55,228 nt of DNA from Octopus sinensis (GCF_006345805.1 NW_021833760.1:1-55228); one strand, 5' to 3'; shown: positions 35,770 to 48,946, numbered from the stretch's first letter. Notes: a model not told the origin generated them from the sequence alone. Translations and numbers: made by a program.

Positions 35770-36262
35770 TGAGGAGCCTTTCTCTGGTCGTTTGATTTCT
35801 TCCTTTGCCTTCTGGTGGCGTCAAAATATTGGTTCCAATGGTGATGGAATATCACCAGTTGGTACGCTCTCGGATTTGTGTTTCAAACGATTTAGGCTCA
35901 AATCCAGTTGCGTTCGGTGTTATTTTGGTTGGTCCTAGTATCTTTGAAGTAAGCTCGCTGAATAAAGCTTGACGCGGGAACATCGCCTCTTCCATTTTTG
36001 CTACATGTCCTGACCATCTAAAGACAATGTTTCATGATCAGCGATTCATTGCCTTGACTGTTAGCTCTTTCCAGGACATTGTTGTTGGTTACATGGTGTT
36101 CCCATTTGATGTCCAAGATTGATCGAAGCTTTTGCTGATGAAAGCGTTCTAATTTCAGAGTCCAAAATTTGCTGCCATAGAGTAAGGTTGAAATGACAAC
36201 AGCATTATAAACCATACTTTTTGTTGCTATTTTCAGACGTTAGTTGTTGAAGACTCGTTTGA
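35770..36262 (-). mobile_element. RTE-clade LINE fragment
   Basis: VYNAVVISTLLYGS.FWT, LERFHQQKLRSILDIKW, RWSGHV. Confidence 0.82.
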
Positions 36263-36554
36263 GTTAAAACTCACTACAACTCATTCGGAATAAGTATCGA
36301 AATTTAAATCCAAACGTGTCATCGCAAAAAATTCATTTCTTAATCATAAATTAAAACACTGAACATCTTCGTCGGAATATATATGGATTTTGAAATATCA
36401 TCATATAAACATTCATTTTCTATAATAAAATAAGAAACTCAACATCTGTTTCGAAATATGTGTAATCCAAAATCCAAAATCCAAAGGCACTACAAAATCC
36501 TTTCATCTTTCTCATCACAAATTAAAATACTTAACATCCCAGCTTTTTATCAAA

Positions 36555-37080
36555 CAAATGAACCTCAGAAAATGGTGAGAAACACATAATTGAAATTGCA
36601 CACGGGCCATTTCGAAAGCTAATCAAACGCGACTTCAACAGCAAAAATCTATACTTAGCAACAACAATTATGCTCTATAATGCTGTCATTTCAACCTTTC
36701 TATATGGCAGCGAATCCTGGACGCTATTTCGACGCGACATCCAAAAATTAGAACGCTTTCACCAGCTGGACTGAGCTAACAGTCAAGGCAATGAATCGCT
36801 GACCATGAAACTCTGTCTTTGATGATCAGGACATGTAGTAAAAATGGAAGAGGCAATGTTCCCACGTAAAGACTTATGAAGCGAGCTTACTTCAGGGAAA
36901 AGACCAGAGGTGGTCCTCTTTGAAAGTACTAGGACCAACTCAAAATAACACCTGTAGCTGCTGAATTTCAACCTAAATAGTTTGAAACACAAACCCGTGA
37001 GCGTACCAACTGGTGGTATTTCATCACCATCGGAACCAAATAATTTGAAGCCACCAGAAGAGAAAGGAAGAAATTAAATC
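36555..37080 (+). mobile_element. RTE-clade LINE fragment, inverted relative to 35770-36262
   Basis: Same family: LYGSESWTL, LERFHQ; 36927-37078 matches the reverse complement of 35792-35940. Confidence 0.82.
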
Positions 37081-37113
37081 CTTGGATATTAAATTCTTGT
37101 GTGTGTATATACA

Positions 37114-37149
<36 letters not shown>

Positions 37150-37155
37150 TATATA

Positions 37156-37557
37156 GGCATAGGAGTAGCTGTGTGGTAAGTAGCTTGCTTACCAACCATA
37201 TGGTTCCGGGTTCAGTCCCACTGCGTGGCACCTTGAGCAAATGTCTTCTACTATAGCCTCGGGCCGACCAAAGCCTTGTGAGTGGATCTGGCAGACGGAA
37301 ACTAAAAGAAGCCCGTCCTATATATGTATATATACATATATATGTATGTGTTTGTGTGTCTGTGTTTGTCCCCCCAACATCGCTTGACAACCGATGCTGG
37401 TGTGTTTCCGTCCCCGTCACCTAGCGGTTCGGCAAGAGAGACCGATAGAATAAGTACTAGGCTTACAAAGAATAAGTTCTGGGGTCGATTTACTCGACTA
37501 AAGGCGGTGCTCAAGCATGGCCACAGTCAAATGACTGAAACAAATAAAAGAGTAAAA

Positions 37558-37559
<2 letters not shown>
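37156..37559 (+). mobile_element. SINE family A, full length
   Basis: Matches the reverse complement of 5774-6176. Confidence 0.92.
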
Positions 37560-37624
<65 letters not shown>

Positions 37625-37984
37625 GAAATTAAATTCTTGTGTGTGTGTATCGGTGTGTGTGTTTATGTATATACATATACATATTGGGCTAAATTTGACA
37701 GCTTGCGAAAAGAAAATTCAATATCCCATCCCAAAATAAAGGTATTTTAAAACAAAAAAAAATCAACTAGATTATGGCTAGGAGATAACTATTTACTCCC
37801 TCAGCTTCCACCAGGGCCTCAAGACCGCTCCAGAAATTGAGGCTGGTGAAATCGAAGTAATTCTCCAACAACCACTTCTGACTTCTTCTGTAAGTATGAC
37901 AATAATTCGAATCCTGCGACCACACACATATAGCATTCCTGCAGCAATCCTCTTCAATCAGGGTTGGAGAGGATTGCTGGAGGA

Positions 37985-38310
37985 ATAATAATTGAAGAAT
38001 GATTGTAAATTTGAAAAACTGAAGAAGTATGGTGTTGACACAAAAGGACTGAATGTTGTGATTGAAGAGCTGAAGCAGAACATACTTACCAAGAAAGCAA
38101 AACTAACGAGGTTTGAGCGACGGAATAATCAACAGCGGGAAAACCGACCGTTTAGAATCGACCAAAAAAGAACTTATCAAAGAAATTAATGATGATTTAG
38201 CATGCAAAAGATTAATTCCTGATGCAAATGAAAGTTAACAGTTTTGGGGTGGAATATGGTGTAAACAAGAACTGCCCAATGCTGGCTCTGCAGTCTGAAG
38301 CGAACAATGT
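37985..38310 (+). mobile_element. R4/Dong-like fragment (pre-RT region), copy 1
   Basis: KYGVDTKGLNVVIEELKQNILTKKAKLTRFERR is homologous to KYNITEKDLPEIKEKLKQDILAKAQRIRRYEKR of ORF 944-2953. Confidence 0.72.
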
Positions 38311-38314
38311 TCAG

Positions 38315-38590
38315 CAGCTTCTCATAGCTGTTTGAATCGTGCTTAAGTCCCTGTTCAAAGATGTTGGGTGGCATAAAGTCACCCTTACTGGTGTCTCCAT
38401 CGCAGCTGTTCTTGTCATGTCTATACAGACTTTACAGTGTTCACAGAGTATTGAGCAGCAGTCATGATGTTGATATTTTGATACCCGGCTCGAATCATCA
38501 TGATACATGTAACTCTTTTCTAATATTCAGATGGCCCCCAGTCCACTCCATGACAGCTAACTTTTTTCAACTACAACTTTAATATTAATC
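38315..38590 (-). mobile_element. Internally deleted Tc1/mariner-superfamily remnant
   Basis: IMMIRAGYQNINIMTAAQ N-terminal-like segment joined to MPPNIFEQGL; decayed. Confidence 0.4.
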
Positions 38591-40064
38591 TCTCCAACGC
38601 CACTGATTGTTCTCTAATACATCAAAGCAGTTCTGGAAAATAACTAGACATAAAACAGCGTCAAATTTAATCCAAACAACCTGTATACATACATACATAC
38701 ATGCATACATACATACATACATACAAGCATACATACATACATACATACATATATACATACTTACATACATACATACATATGTAAATACATATATAATGTG
38801 TGTGTGTGCGTGTATGTCTGTGTGTATGGGTGTGTGTGCATTTTGTATATGCGCTTAAAAATAGGTAGATATAATATTTGATCACCAGTCCATAAGTTTC
38901 GATATAAAATTCTGCGTCAGCATTTGGTTGTGTTTAATGACTGGATATTTCATTCGAAGTCTTTGAGTTCAGTTAGTAAATTATATATTTAAAACTTCGT
39001 TCACCGAGGAGACAACAACCTGGTTATAGCAACACTTCCCTCTTTATATTTGTTTTATATTTTAACGGATTTTCTATGCTATCTCTTCTTTCGCTTAAAC
39101 ATAGTCGTATTTTTAGAATACTTTAAAATTTTATTTCTTTTTAGAGAAAATTGCAAGATGATGATGTAAAGTGTGAATAAATTAATTAAATCCATAATGT
39201 TGCCATAGTCTGATTTTGTTCATTAATACAAGCTAAACTAAAATAGAGATTTTTCACAAAGATAAAACAAATAACATGTTTCTACGCACCAGCTTCCGTC
39301 CCTCTCCCCCTCTCTGTCAATCTTTCTTCGTCCTAATGAAAAATGTTTGATAAACACAACAATGTTTAACAAAAATAAAGTTCAGTCATTAAACAACTAA
39401 TTTACTGGACAAAAACGGAAATTACGTGAAACAAAGAAACTGTGTAATATCAATCTCAGAATATACAAGCAACTATTTCAATTAGGAACAGTTTAAGCTC
39501 CACCAAAATAGCATAAAATGTGGCCTAGGGGATTAGAAGCTGGAATCTTCTGTTATAGAAACGAAACGATTTCTATCCTTCGTTCATCTGCCAATTGTCT
39601 GTAATTGAGAGGATCTAGTCAAAGCAAGAAAATAAAATAAAGAACAAACAGTTGGACAAAAGATATACATATAAAAAAAATCAAAAGAATTGCACGTTAC
39701 TGTTCGTCGGCGTTATATTGCAAGAATAGAGATTTTTTATTCCATTAACCACAAAATAATGAAAGAATGAAGGAAGAAATAGAATAGTGCATTGGTTTAA
39801 CAAAAGGAAAGTATGACTCTATCAAGAAAAAAGTAAAAAGAAGTAAAAAATATGCTTGCTTTACAGTAAAATCCCAAATCAGATTTCTTACTAAGGATAT
39901 GGATTATCTAAGACTAGAACAATTTTAAAGAAAATTATATTTTCATCTCGAGATATACAGCTGAGAAAAAGTATCTGGAATAATTTGTACATGTGCAACA
40001 AAAAATTGTTAACTACTAACTTTTCAAAAGAAAGGAATAACAGCAAGAAAAACAATAATAATAA

Positions 40065-40610
40065 TAATATTTGAAAAATGATCGTAAATTTGAAAAATTG
40101 AAGAAAAATGGTGTTGATACAAAAGGACTGAATGTTGTGATTGAAGAGCTGAAGTAGCGCATACTTGCCAAGAAAGCAAAACTAACGAGGTTTGAGCAAC
40201 GGATTAATCAATAGCAGCAAAACCGATTGTTTAGAATCGACAAAAATGAATCTACCAAGAAATTAATGATGATTTAGCACGCGAAAGATTAATTTCTGAT
40301 GCAAAACAAAGTTGACAGTTTTGGGGTAAGCACGAACAACACAATACTGGGGCTGGATGACTCTGCAGTCTGAAGCGAACAGCTTATCCCCAACAAGAAG
40401 ATATCCTTTTTACCGAGGACAGTAATATGAACAAAAAGATGAGCAGAAATGTTAGCAAAAAGAAAGCGAAAGGACCTGTTGGTGTACAGGGATTTTGGAC
40501 AAAAACGTTTAGCAGGTGTCATAACTTGATTGCAGATCAATTTAATGTATTATTTGACGGAGCAGAAGGAATTCCAGAATGGTTAACAAAAAACGATCGG
40601 TGTCGTCTTT
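40065..40610 (+). mobile_element. R4/Dong-like fragment, copy 2, extending into the RT N-terminus
   Basis: Direct repeat of 37985-38310, then KAKGPVGVQGFWTK..IPEWLTK. Confidence 0.75.
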
Positions 40611-41866
40611 GAAGGATGTATCGAAGAAAATTTTGCCGACAAATTTCTTACCTTCCAATAATGTATTTTTTAATGAGCGTGCTTTATTCATTCGGTGTTG
40701 GGTTGAAGTGTTTCCGGTGCATTGATAGAAGGACAATATAGTATTTCGGATTTATGTCTGCGGGGAATTGATGTATGTGGGGCATTGTTCTCTGCGGGAC
40801 TTTGATGTCTTCAGGATATACAAACTGCAACTAAATTTCCTGTAAAGAGAAAGCGCAATTTTTCCACGAAAAACAACCAGAGACAACAGATATAATTCGA
40901 AAATTTTAAGTAACAGGCTCCCCCAAGGATTCGAAACCCCAACTCCAAATAATTATAACACCACACTCATTCTGAAACCAATGAAATTTTTCCTCTGGTT
41001 ATAACCGGACACTCTGGAAAAAAAAAACAGAGACTTCTTAAGGGAACTAACCAACCGGAACGCTAGATGACCATCAGGCAAAAACTAGGAAGTCAACAAA
41101 GCAGAACGCCGAGCTTTACGAAAATGAAAATATTTTTTCCAAAACAAAATATTTTTGATCAAAATAAAGTGACGTCACGAAGCCTACAACCAATCAGAAC
41201 GTGTTCTTTTGCCGTGGTCGTTACCAGGAAGTCAACCAACCAAAGCACTAAACTTTGCTAAAACAAAAATACTTTGACCAAAACATCCACGAGAAATGAA
41301 TAAGACGTCATTAAAATTGTAACCAATCAAAAATTAGATTGTTTGCCGTAAAAACGTATATATACTAAAAGGTTGAACCCGAAGTACTTCCAGTTCCATC
41401 AAACTGTGAAAGGTAAAGAGACCAGTGCACTGAAGCTGAAGTTGAAAACAAGAACTACACCAACCACTACAGAAATAGTAAAAGAACTTTTCTTTTTTCT
41501 TTCTCTCCATCTTTTTCTCTTTCTCTTTCATTTATTTTATAAAAACTCAATATGATTGAACTTTCAATATGGTACATTTGTCATGGTCTTCGCCGAACAT
41601 TTACATTGATAGTGCTATTTATCCCTGTGAAAGTCATCGAAATTTCTGTGAATATTTGAACGCTTAATGGTTTAAACATGTTAGTCCAATTTTTACCTTG
41701 TGATTTCAAACTCTCCCACCCCACTTTCATTCTTTATATATTTGTGCCGTTGATAAGCAAAACATTGGCGAAGCTAGTTTGGTATGTGAATTGAAAACGA
41801 CTACACGTTTTACCGATTCAGGTGCATTTTCAAACCCCCAAACAAATTCTCATATATCTATACAAA

Positions 41867-42027
41867 GGCGCAGGCATGGCTGTATGATAACAAGCTTGCT
41901 TCCCAACCACACGGTGCTAGGTTCAGTCTTAATGTGTGACATCTTTGGTACGTGTCTTCTATGTCCTCGGGCCGACCAAAACCTTGTGAGTGGATTTGGT
42001 AAACGGAAACTGTAAGAAGCCCGTCGA
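41867..42027 (+). mobile_element. SINE family A 5' half
   Basis: GGCGCAGGCATGGCTGT..GGTTCAGTC..GAAGCCCGTCG. Confidence 0.82.
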
Positions 42028-42073
42028 ACACACACACACATATCTACGTGTGTGTCTTCGTGTCTGTGTATAT

Positions 42074-42114
<41 letters not shown>

Positions 42115-42115
<1 letters not shown>

Positions 42116-43640
42116 TAGCAGAGACACCCGGCGTTGCTCGGGATTAAAATGGCATAGTTTGTATTTAATATATTACAGTTATGTTGAAACAGGTAATATA
42201 GTAAAAGTGCAGCATTGACAAAAAAGCATTTGTGGAGTAAATTATGGGCTAATTCGACTAAGTAACTTACTATGCGTCTGTTTGGAGTATTTCAGGCCCT
42301 AACCTGTGGGGGTTATGTGATGTTTGAACGCACCGAGAAGATGTCAGTAGATATATTCTCTTTTGCAGCAGTCGGCGCTGTGTCTAACACGACTTATCAT
42401 CTGAAATGTCGACACCTCCTTCGGGTTTGGTGTCCTACATCACTCATAAAGTAAATTTGGAGGAACTGTGCTTGTTCATTTATGGGTAACAGGGAACCAA
42501 TGAGGTGATAGACTTGCCCTTGAACTTTGACGTCGTCGTAAATTCATGTTTATCTATCTTCTTAGATGCACCAAATGATGTCATTTGCAGAATTGAATTG
42601 TCTGATATTGTTCAGAAAATCCTTTGACTGGATGGATATGCCTTCTAGAAGATCCATAAGAGGTTGAGAAGGTGCTGATAGTGGTGGCAATGTTACCTGA
42701 CCGCCTGAGCAGCACATACCATTTGTTTCATTTGAAAATTTTAAAGCTCTTCAGAAAAGAAAATTTGTGTTTAGCGCACCAATTTGGACAGAGTTATTAT
42801 TTTTATAAGAATAAGATGGATCATATCTGAAAACAGCTTCAGAAGTTGTGAAGAACGAATTTGTAAGTAGTCTGTTTGTGAGAGCTATTCTATTGGACCT
42901 CTAATCATTAAAACATTGATTTAATGATCCAGCATTAAGTATTGCCACATGCGTTTCCTGATGTTGAGAAAATCTCATCTAGCTTCTATCTTCAGACTCT
43001 CGCCTTCGGTTTTCTACAATCCTCCTTGCTTTGTACTTGTATCTGGAGTGATTACGTCTTTTCTTTGGTGGCATATTTTTCTCAATATTGTAAACAAAAA
43101 ATTATGAACATAGAAAGAAATTCCATATTAATCCCTATTTTTGTAAGTAGTTGTATCCGTAAAAGTTTATTTCAAGAGAGCAGAAATTGAAGGATAAACC
43201 GAAAAGAATAGAGAAAGAAAGTGAAAGACCTATGCACGTCTATATGAAAGGGACGTGTGTGTGTGTATCTGTGTGTGTGCGTGCGTGAGAATGTGCGTGC
43301 ATTCGCATGTGTACGTGAGAGACATAGAGGGTGAGAAATATAGATAGAGTGAATGAAGGTGTGTGTCGTCCACTCACATACTCTACTGATAATAATTTGT
43401 AATTATCCCAATTCTTTACTGCAAAGACAACTACTAAATAATTTACGTCTACATGACATTGATTATATCCCACCAATAAGATGAACCCTAGAATATAACT
43501 GATACCTAAAATAACATAACTCAGTCTGGGAAAGAGTGTAATAAACGAATATTCGAAGTTGTTTTCACAGGTTTCCCCTTAGGTTAGTTTAAAATATTTA
43601 ACCTCTGCGAATGGATGTCTACAAATGAATATATATGTAT
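42115..43640 (-). mobile_element. Internally deleted Helitron with RepHel N-terminal remnant (5' boundary uncertain)
   Basis: 3' end CCCGAGCAACGCCGGG..CTAG|T; 42440-43074 encodes ETNGMCCSGGQVTLPPL, FLNNIRQFNSA, MTSFG, KVQGQVYHLIGSL, FLQIYF. Confidence 0.82.
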
Positions 43641-43725
43641 ATTATCATACACATACACATACATATATCTCAATATAAATAACCGAGTGTAAACATATGT
43701 ATATATACAAACACACGCATATATA

Positions 43726-43825
<100 letters not shown>

Positions 43826-43853
43826 TATATATATAATATATATATATATATAA

Positions 43854-43889
<36 letters not shown>

Positions 43890-43932
43890 TGTATGTATGT
43901 ATGTATATGTATTTGTATATTTATATGTATTT

Positions 43933-44001
<69 letters not shown>

Positions 44002-44277
44002 TATGTATGTATATATATGCGTGTGTGTGAGTTTGTGTATATGGGTATGTATGTGTGTAATCCTTCTTCCTTCTGCTGCTCTTCCAAATTTCCTCTACTT
44101 TTCATCATCCAACATAAAACGTCTAAAACAAAATGTACATAAGATATTTACAAAACATATACATATACATACATACATATATATATGCATATATACATAC
44201 TTATATGTATATATATGTATATATATATGCATATATACATATATATGCATATATACATACATATATGTATATATATG

Positions 44278-44369
<92 letters not shown>

Positions 44370-44372
44370 GTA

Positions 44373-44403
<31 letters not shown>

Positions 44404-44769
44404 TTGTATATTGTCTACTTTTCCTGTTATTTTTTCTCTCCTTCCAGCATCATGTCTTCCACTCCATTCCCTCCACAATCACTTCCCCGCTCGTTGTTTA
44501 CATCATTCCTCCACGACATTGCTTTCTTTTCTTCCTTCTTTCGATTCTTTAGTTTCTTTTTGTTACTTTTTTATACCGCTCTATTCCAGAAAACTCTCCA
44601 ATGAAATATATACAGTCCTGGAAAATAAGGAGACCGAAATCTTTCGTCTAAATTTTTCCGTTGTATTGTTGTTCTCTCGTAGAAGACATTGCTATAATGG
44701 AATCTCGCCTTAGCACGCACACTCAGTCTGTTGATCGTCTCTTAGAGAACCGCTTACAATTGAATTATC

Positions 44770-44926
44770 TCATTCTTTCGTTCGTTCTTTTTTTTTCTTT
44801 GCTTTCTTTCATTCTTTAATTTTGTATCTCTCCCCCCTCTCTGTCATTCGTCTTTATACTTGTCTTGGTTTATTTTTGCAAATCTTTTACACTGTTTTTC
44901 TAGTTTTACGATTTCTTTCTTTCTTT

Positions 44927-44958
<32 letters not shown>

Positions 44959-45102
44959 TATTTTCCGTTTTTTTTAATTGCGTTTCTTTTCCTATATTAG
45001 TATTTCTTTTGTTTCAAAGAAATTTCTTTAATTTTTCATTCATTCATTCATTCATTGGTTTATTCATCCATTTTAAAATTTTCTTTATTTCTTCTTTTCT
45101 TG

Positions 45103-45141
<39 letters not shown>

Positions 45142-45894
45142 ACTCTTGTCTCTATATATTCTTGCCTACCGCTTTTCATTAATTTCTTCTTCGCTCTTTC
45201 TTGTCTGTGTTTCTCTTCCTTCCCTTCCTTCTTTCTTTTTCCTTCCTTCCTTTTTCTTTCTTTCTTCTTACCGTCATCAATATTTGTCATCTTTTGTGTG
45301 TTTCCTTCATTTTTCTTTCAATTTGCCTTTTTGTGTTTTTTCTCTTTATTGCCATTTCTTAGGGCGACGTGCTGGCAGAACGTTTAGCGGCATTTCGTCC
45401 GTTGTTACTTTCTGAGTTCAAATACCGCCGAGGTCGATTTTATACTTTCAGGGTCGATAAAATAAATACCAGTCGAGTACTGGTGATCGATTTGATCGAC
45501 TTAATCCCTACTCCAAAGTTGCTGTCCTTGAACCGTAATTTGAAACCAATATTACAATTTCTATTTTTTCCTAATAAATTTCTTCCTTCTCAACATTTTT
45601 CATTCATTCTTTCATTTCTTTCTTTATTTCTTCTCTAGATGTTCTCTTTAGCTCTTGCTATCTCTATATATCTTTTACATTCCAATTTTCACTCTTCCTT
45701 TGTATTCTTTCCTAACTCTCTCCTCAATTTTCCTTCCCTTCTTTTCTTTTCCCTAAGTTCGGTTTTCTTCTGTCCTTTCGCCTTTACATCGTCATCAGTT
45801 GTTGACCTTTCTTTCCTTCTTTCTTTCTTTCTTTCGTTTTTTCGTTTTTGTTCCTTTGTTTTTGCGTGTTCATTTCTTTCCTTCTTTCTTTCGT

Positions 45895-45937
<43 letters not shown>

Positions 45938-46310
45938 ACTTTCTTTCTGTTTCTTTCTTTGTTTTTTTTTCTGTTTGTATATTAGTTCATTACATTTAAA
46001 CAAAACTATTAATTTTTAGTTTTTCCTTCATTCAGTCATTCTTTTTATGTTTTCATTCAGTCTTTCTTTCATTTTCTCTCTCCTCTTGATGCTCTCTTTC
46101 TCTCTTGCTGCCACTTGTTTCACATTCTCCTTTCTCTTTTTCCTTTGTTTTCTTCAAGTTTTCTTTCCCAGCATCCTCCCATCTGTTTTTCTTCTTTCTT
46201 CCCTTTCCTCTCTCCTTCCTTCCTTCGTTTCCTTCGTTCCTTTCACCTTCTCAATTCCAGTCAGTTGTCCTTTCCTTCCTTCTTTCCTTCCTTCCTTCCT
46301 TTCTTCTTTC
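44770..46310. repeat. Polypyrimidine low-complexity tract: (CTTT)n, (CT)n, (CCTT)n
   Basis: Strong C/T strand bias. Confidence 0.85.
45362..45552 (+). mobile_element. SINE family B variant
   Basis: GGCGACGTGCTGGCAGAA..GAGTTCAAATACCGCCGAGGTCGA. Confidence 0.8.
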
Positions 46311-46801
46311 ATAACAATAATTGTATATGATACTAGCTGCCCTAATACAATCATATTACCCATAATGCTACATAACTCTACTTGACGTAATTACGTAATA
46401 CAACGATATACATCCTAATTCAATAATAACTACTACACCATTCAACTTGGTTTCCAGAATTGGGAAGTCGGATCTTTGCAAGTCAACACAATCTCCTTCG
46501 TCTTTACTTTGACAAAAATAATTTCTTTCCACTAACAAAGGACACTTTTTGTGAAGAGAAATATGCCAGGCAATTTAGACTCAATCAAACTATATTTTTC
46601 TTCTATATCTTTTATCGATTAACTAGAAATGAAAGAAACCGTCTAAGCAAGCTTTGCGATTTATATACGCAAGGGACCAACTTAGAGAGTGATATCTTTT
46701 TCTAAGTTAATGTTGATGTTTATAAATAAAAGGAAACATACAGAAGAAGCGATTCGTAAATTTTGCTTTAGTTATCTGTTACGTATTTTCTTTAAAATCA
46801 T

Positions 46802-46909
46802 AAAAAAGTTTTTCAATCACAAAATCTTTAAAACCTTCTTGAAAATTTAAAAAATAAAAAAGTTTTTCAATCACAAAATCTTTAAAACCTTCTTGAAAAT
46901 TTAAAAAAT
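46802..46909. repeat. Perfect 54-bp tandem duplication
   Basis: AAAAAAGTTTTTCAATCACAAAATCTTTAAAACCTTCTTGAAAATTTAAAAAAT x2. Confidence 0.92.
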
Positions 46910-47303
46910 AAATATTTCAAGCATTTTAATTAACAAATCTTGTAACTTTTATCGTTAAGTCTTTAAAAATTTAACTTTAAATTTTAACTCTCGTAAACCT
47001 TCCAAATTTGAAGTTTAAGATCTTTAAAACCTCTTATCAAAAATCTTTAAACCTTCCGTTTATAAAAATTTTAAATCTTGAAATTTTGAAATCTTTTAAA
47101 TATTTAAAATACTTTTAAAGATTTGAAATCTTAAGATAGCGGAAATAAAAAAAAATTTTCCTGTTAAAAGCAGCCAAAAGGAAGTTGAAGATGTGATACA
47201 CTATAACCTTCTATAAGCTTCATTCAGCGCAATAATACATACATACATACATCATACATACATACATACATACATATATATATACATACAAACGCTTACA
47301 TAT

Positions 47304-47358
<55 letters not shown>

Positions 47359-47389
47359 ATATATATGTATATATATATATATGTTGTAG

Positions 47390-47477
<88 letters not shown>

Positions 47478-47821
47478 AGACGGACTTAGAGAGACATACC
47501 TGTGTATGTATACGTGTATATATTGCAACACATATAGTTCTGCATAGCATGTATAATTGCACATATGTGTTGATATATATATATATAAAGTCATTCATAC
47601 AAACATTTAAAATATATTACATGAATTTATACATGGTATAATATACAGATATATGCATATATGTATGTATTATTTATATCTATATATACCTTTATATATA
47701 CATACACATATATAAACGCAATATATATGCATATATATGCATACATACATAGACATATATGTGTATATGTATATATATACATATGCATGTATATATATAT
47801 GTCTATATATATATATATATG

Positions 47822-47853
<32 letters not shown>

Positions 47854-48455
47854 CGTAAACTGCTTTAGCATTAATGGTTTGTGTCTAAGTTCTACTTCAT
47901 ATAAATATATAAGTGTATGTTTTTTTCTCCCTTTCTTATTTCTAGGTATTTATATGTAAGAGGCTTTTGTTATGTGTGTATGTGAATGTGTGCGAAGGTG
48001 TGTGTAAGACGTCTGTGCATAAGTGTATGTCTGGGATGTGTGTGTATGTCTGTGATGTGTGTAAATGTCTGTGACGTGTGTGTATGTCTGTGTGCTAGCT
48101 ATGCGGAGAAGTGTTGGCAATCCAAAGGGAGATATTTTTCTATTCAAAAATCTTCTCTGCTTGTGCCGCTGCTTCCGTTAAGCACTTTGCCACAGACACA
48201 CCTATACACGGATTACACACACACACGTACATACACATACACACGCATACACAAACCACAGCGCGCGCATATCCATATATATGTACACATGTATACATTT
48301 ACATATAAATGTCTATACATATATACATATATATATACACACGTACATACATATACATACATATATATATAAATATATATATATTTGTCTGTATGTATGT
48401 ATATCTATGTGTCTCTCTCACTCTCTGTCTCTCACTATATATATGCATACGTGTT

Positions 48456-48489
<34 letters not shown>

Positions 48490-48946
48490 AATATATATAT
48501 ATATATATGTAGCCATGTATGTATATATGTATGCATGTATGTAAGTACGTTTGCATGTATGTATGTTCGCATGTATGTACGCTTGGTATGAATATACGAC
48601 TCGCAGAGAATGGCCGACGATCTCAGAGCAGTGTTCAGAGAAGTGTTCAGAAATACCGATTTAAAAAATAAAACATAAAAATGACTACAAAAAGAAAAAA
48701 AAAGAAGAAATCAAAAACAAGTAAGTGATAGCGGAAAAGTTGCAATATGTTTTACGGAATGGAAAGTCAGAGACCACAGTAATAGAAGCTCTTCAAAACT
48801 ACGACATCATATAAAAAATAAAGAAAGGAAAAAAAATGAGATTGAAGATATACGTCTGTGTGTGTGTGTGTCTGTACATCTATACTTACGCATGTACGTA
48901 AGTATGTATAATTGGGTGCATGTATACATAGTACGCACACACACAC

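Larger units (their letters stand above)
29838..36540 (+). repeat. Degenerate ~85-bp tandem array (~50 units) interrupted by TEs
   Basis: Recurring ATTCATTTTCTAATCATAAATTAAAACACTCAACATC..TTCGGAATATATATGGAATCTTAAATCCAAAGGTATC at 29838-29915, 31781-35770 and 36270-36540. Confidence 0.9.

Noticed and set aside
31781-35770. CRISPR array
   Set aside because: Units are degenerate along their whole length, with no identical repeats or unique spacers, no cas genes, and a eukaryotic context.
31781-35770. C2H2 zinc-finger array (84-bp period)
   Set aside because: No CxxC/HxxxH or TGEKP pattern in the consensus and the period is not held in frame.
37156-37230. tRNA gene
   Set aside because: The A/B-box-like head is part of a multi-copy SINE; no complete cloverleaf seen.
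45055-46385. Hydrophobic F/L/S-rich ORFs resembling membrane proteins
   Set aside because: Product of the polypyrimidine tract.
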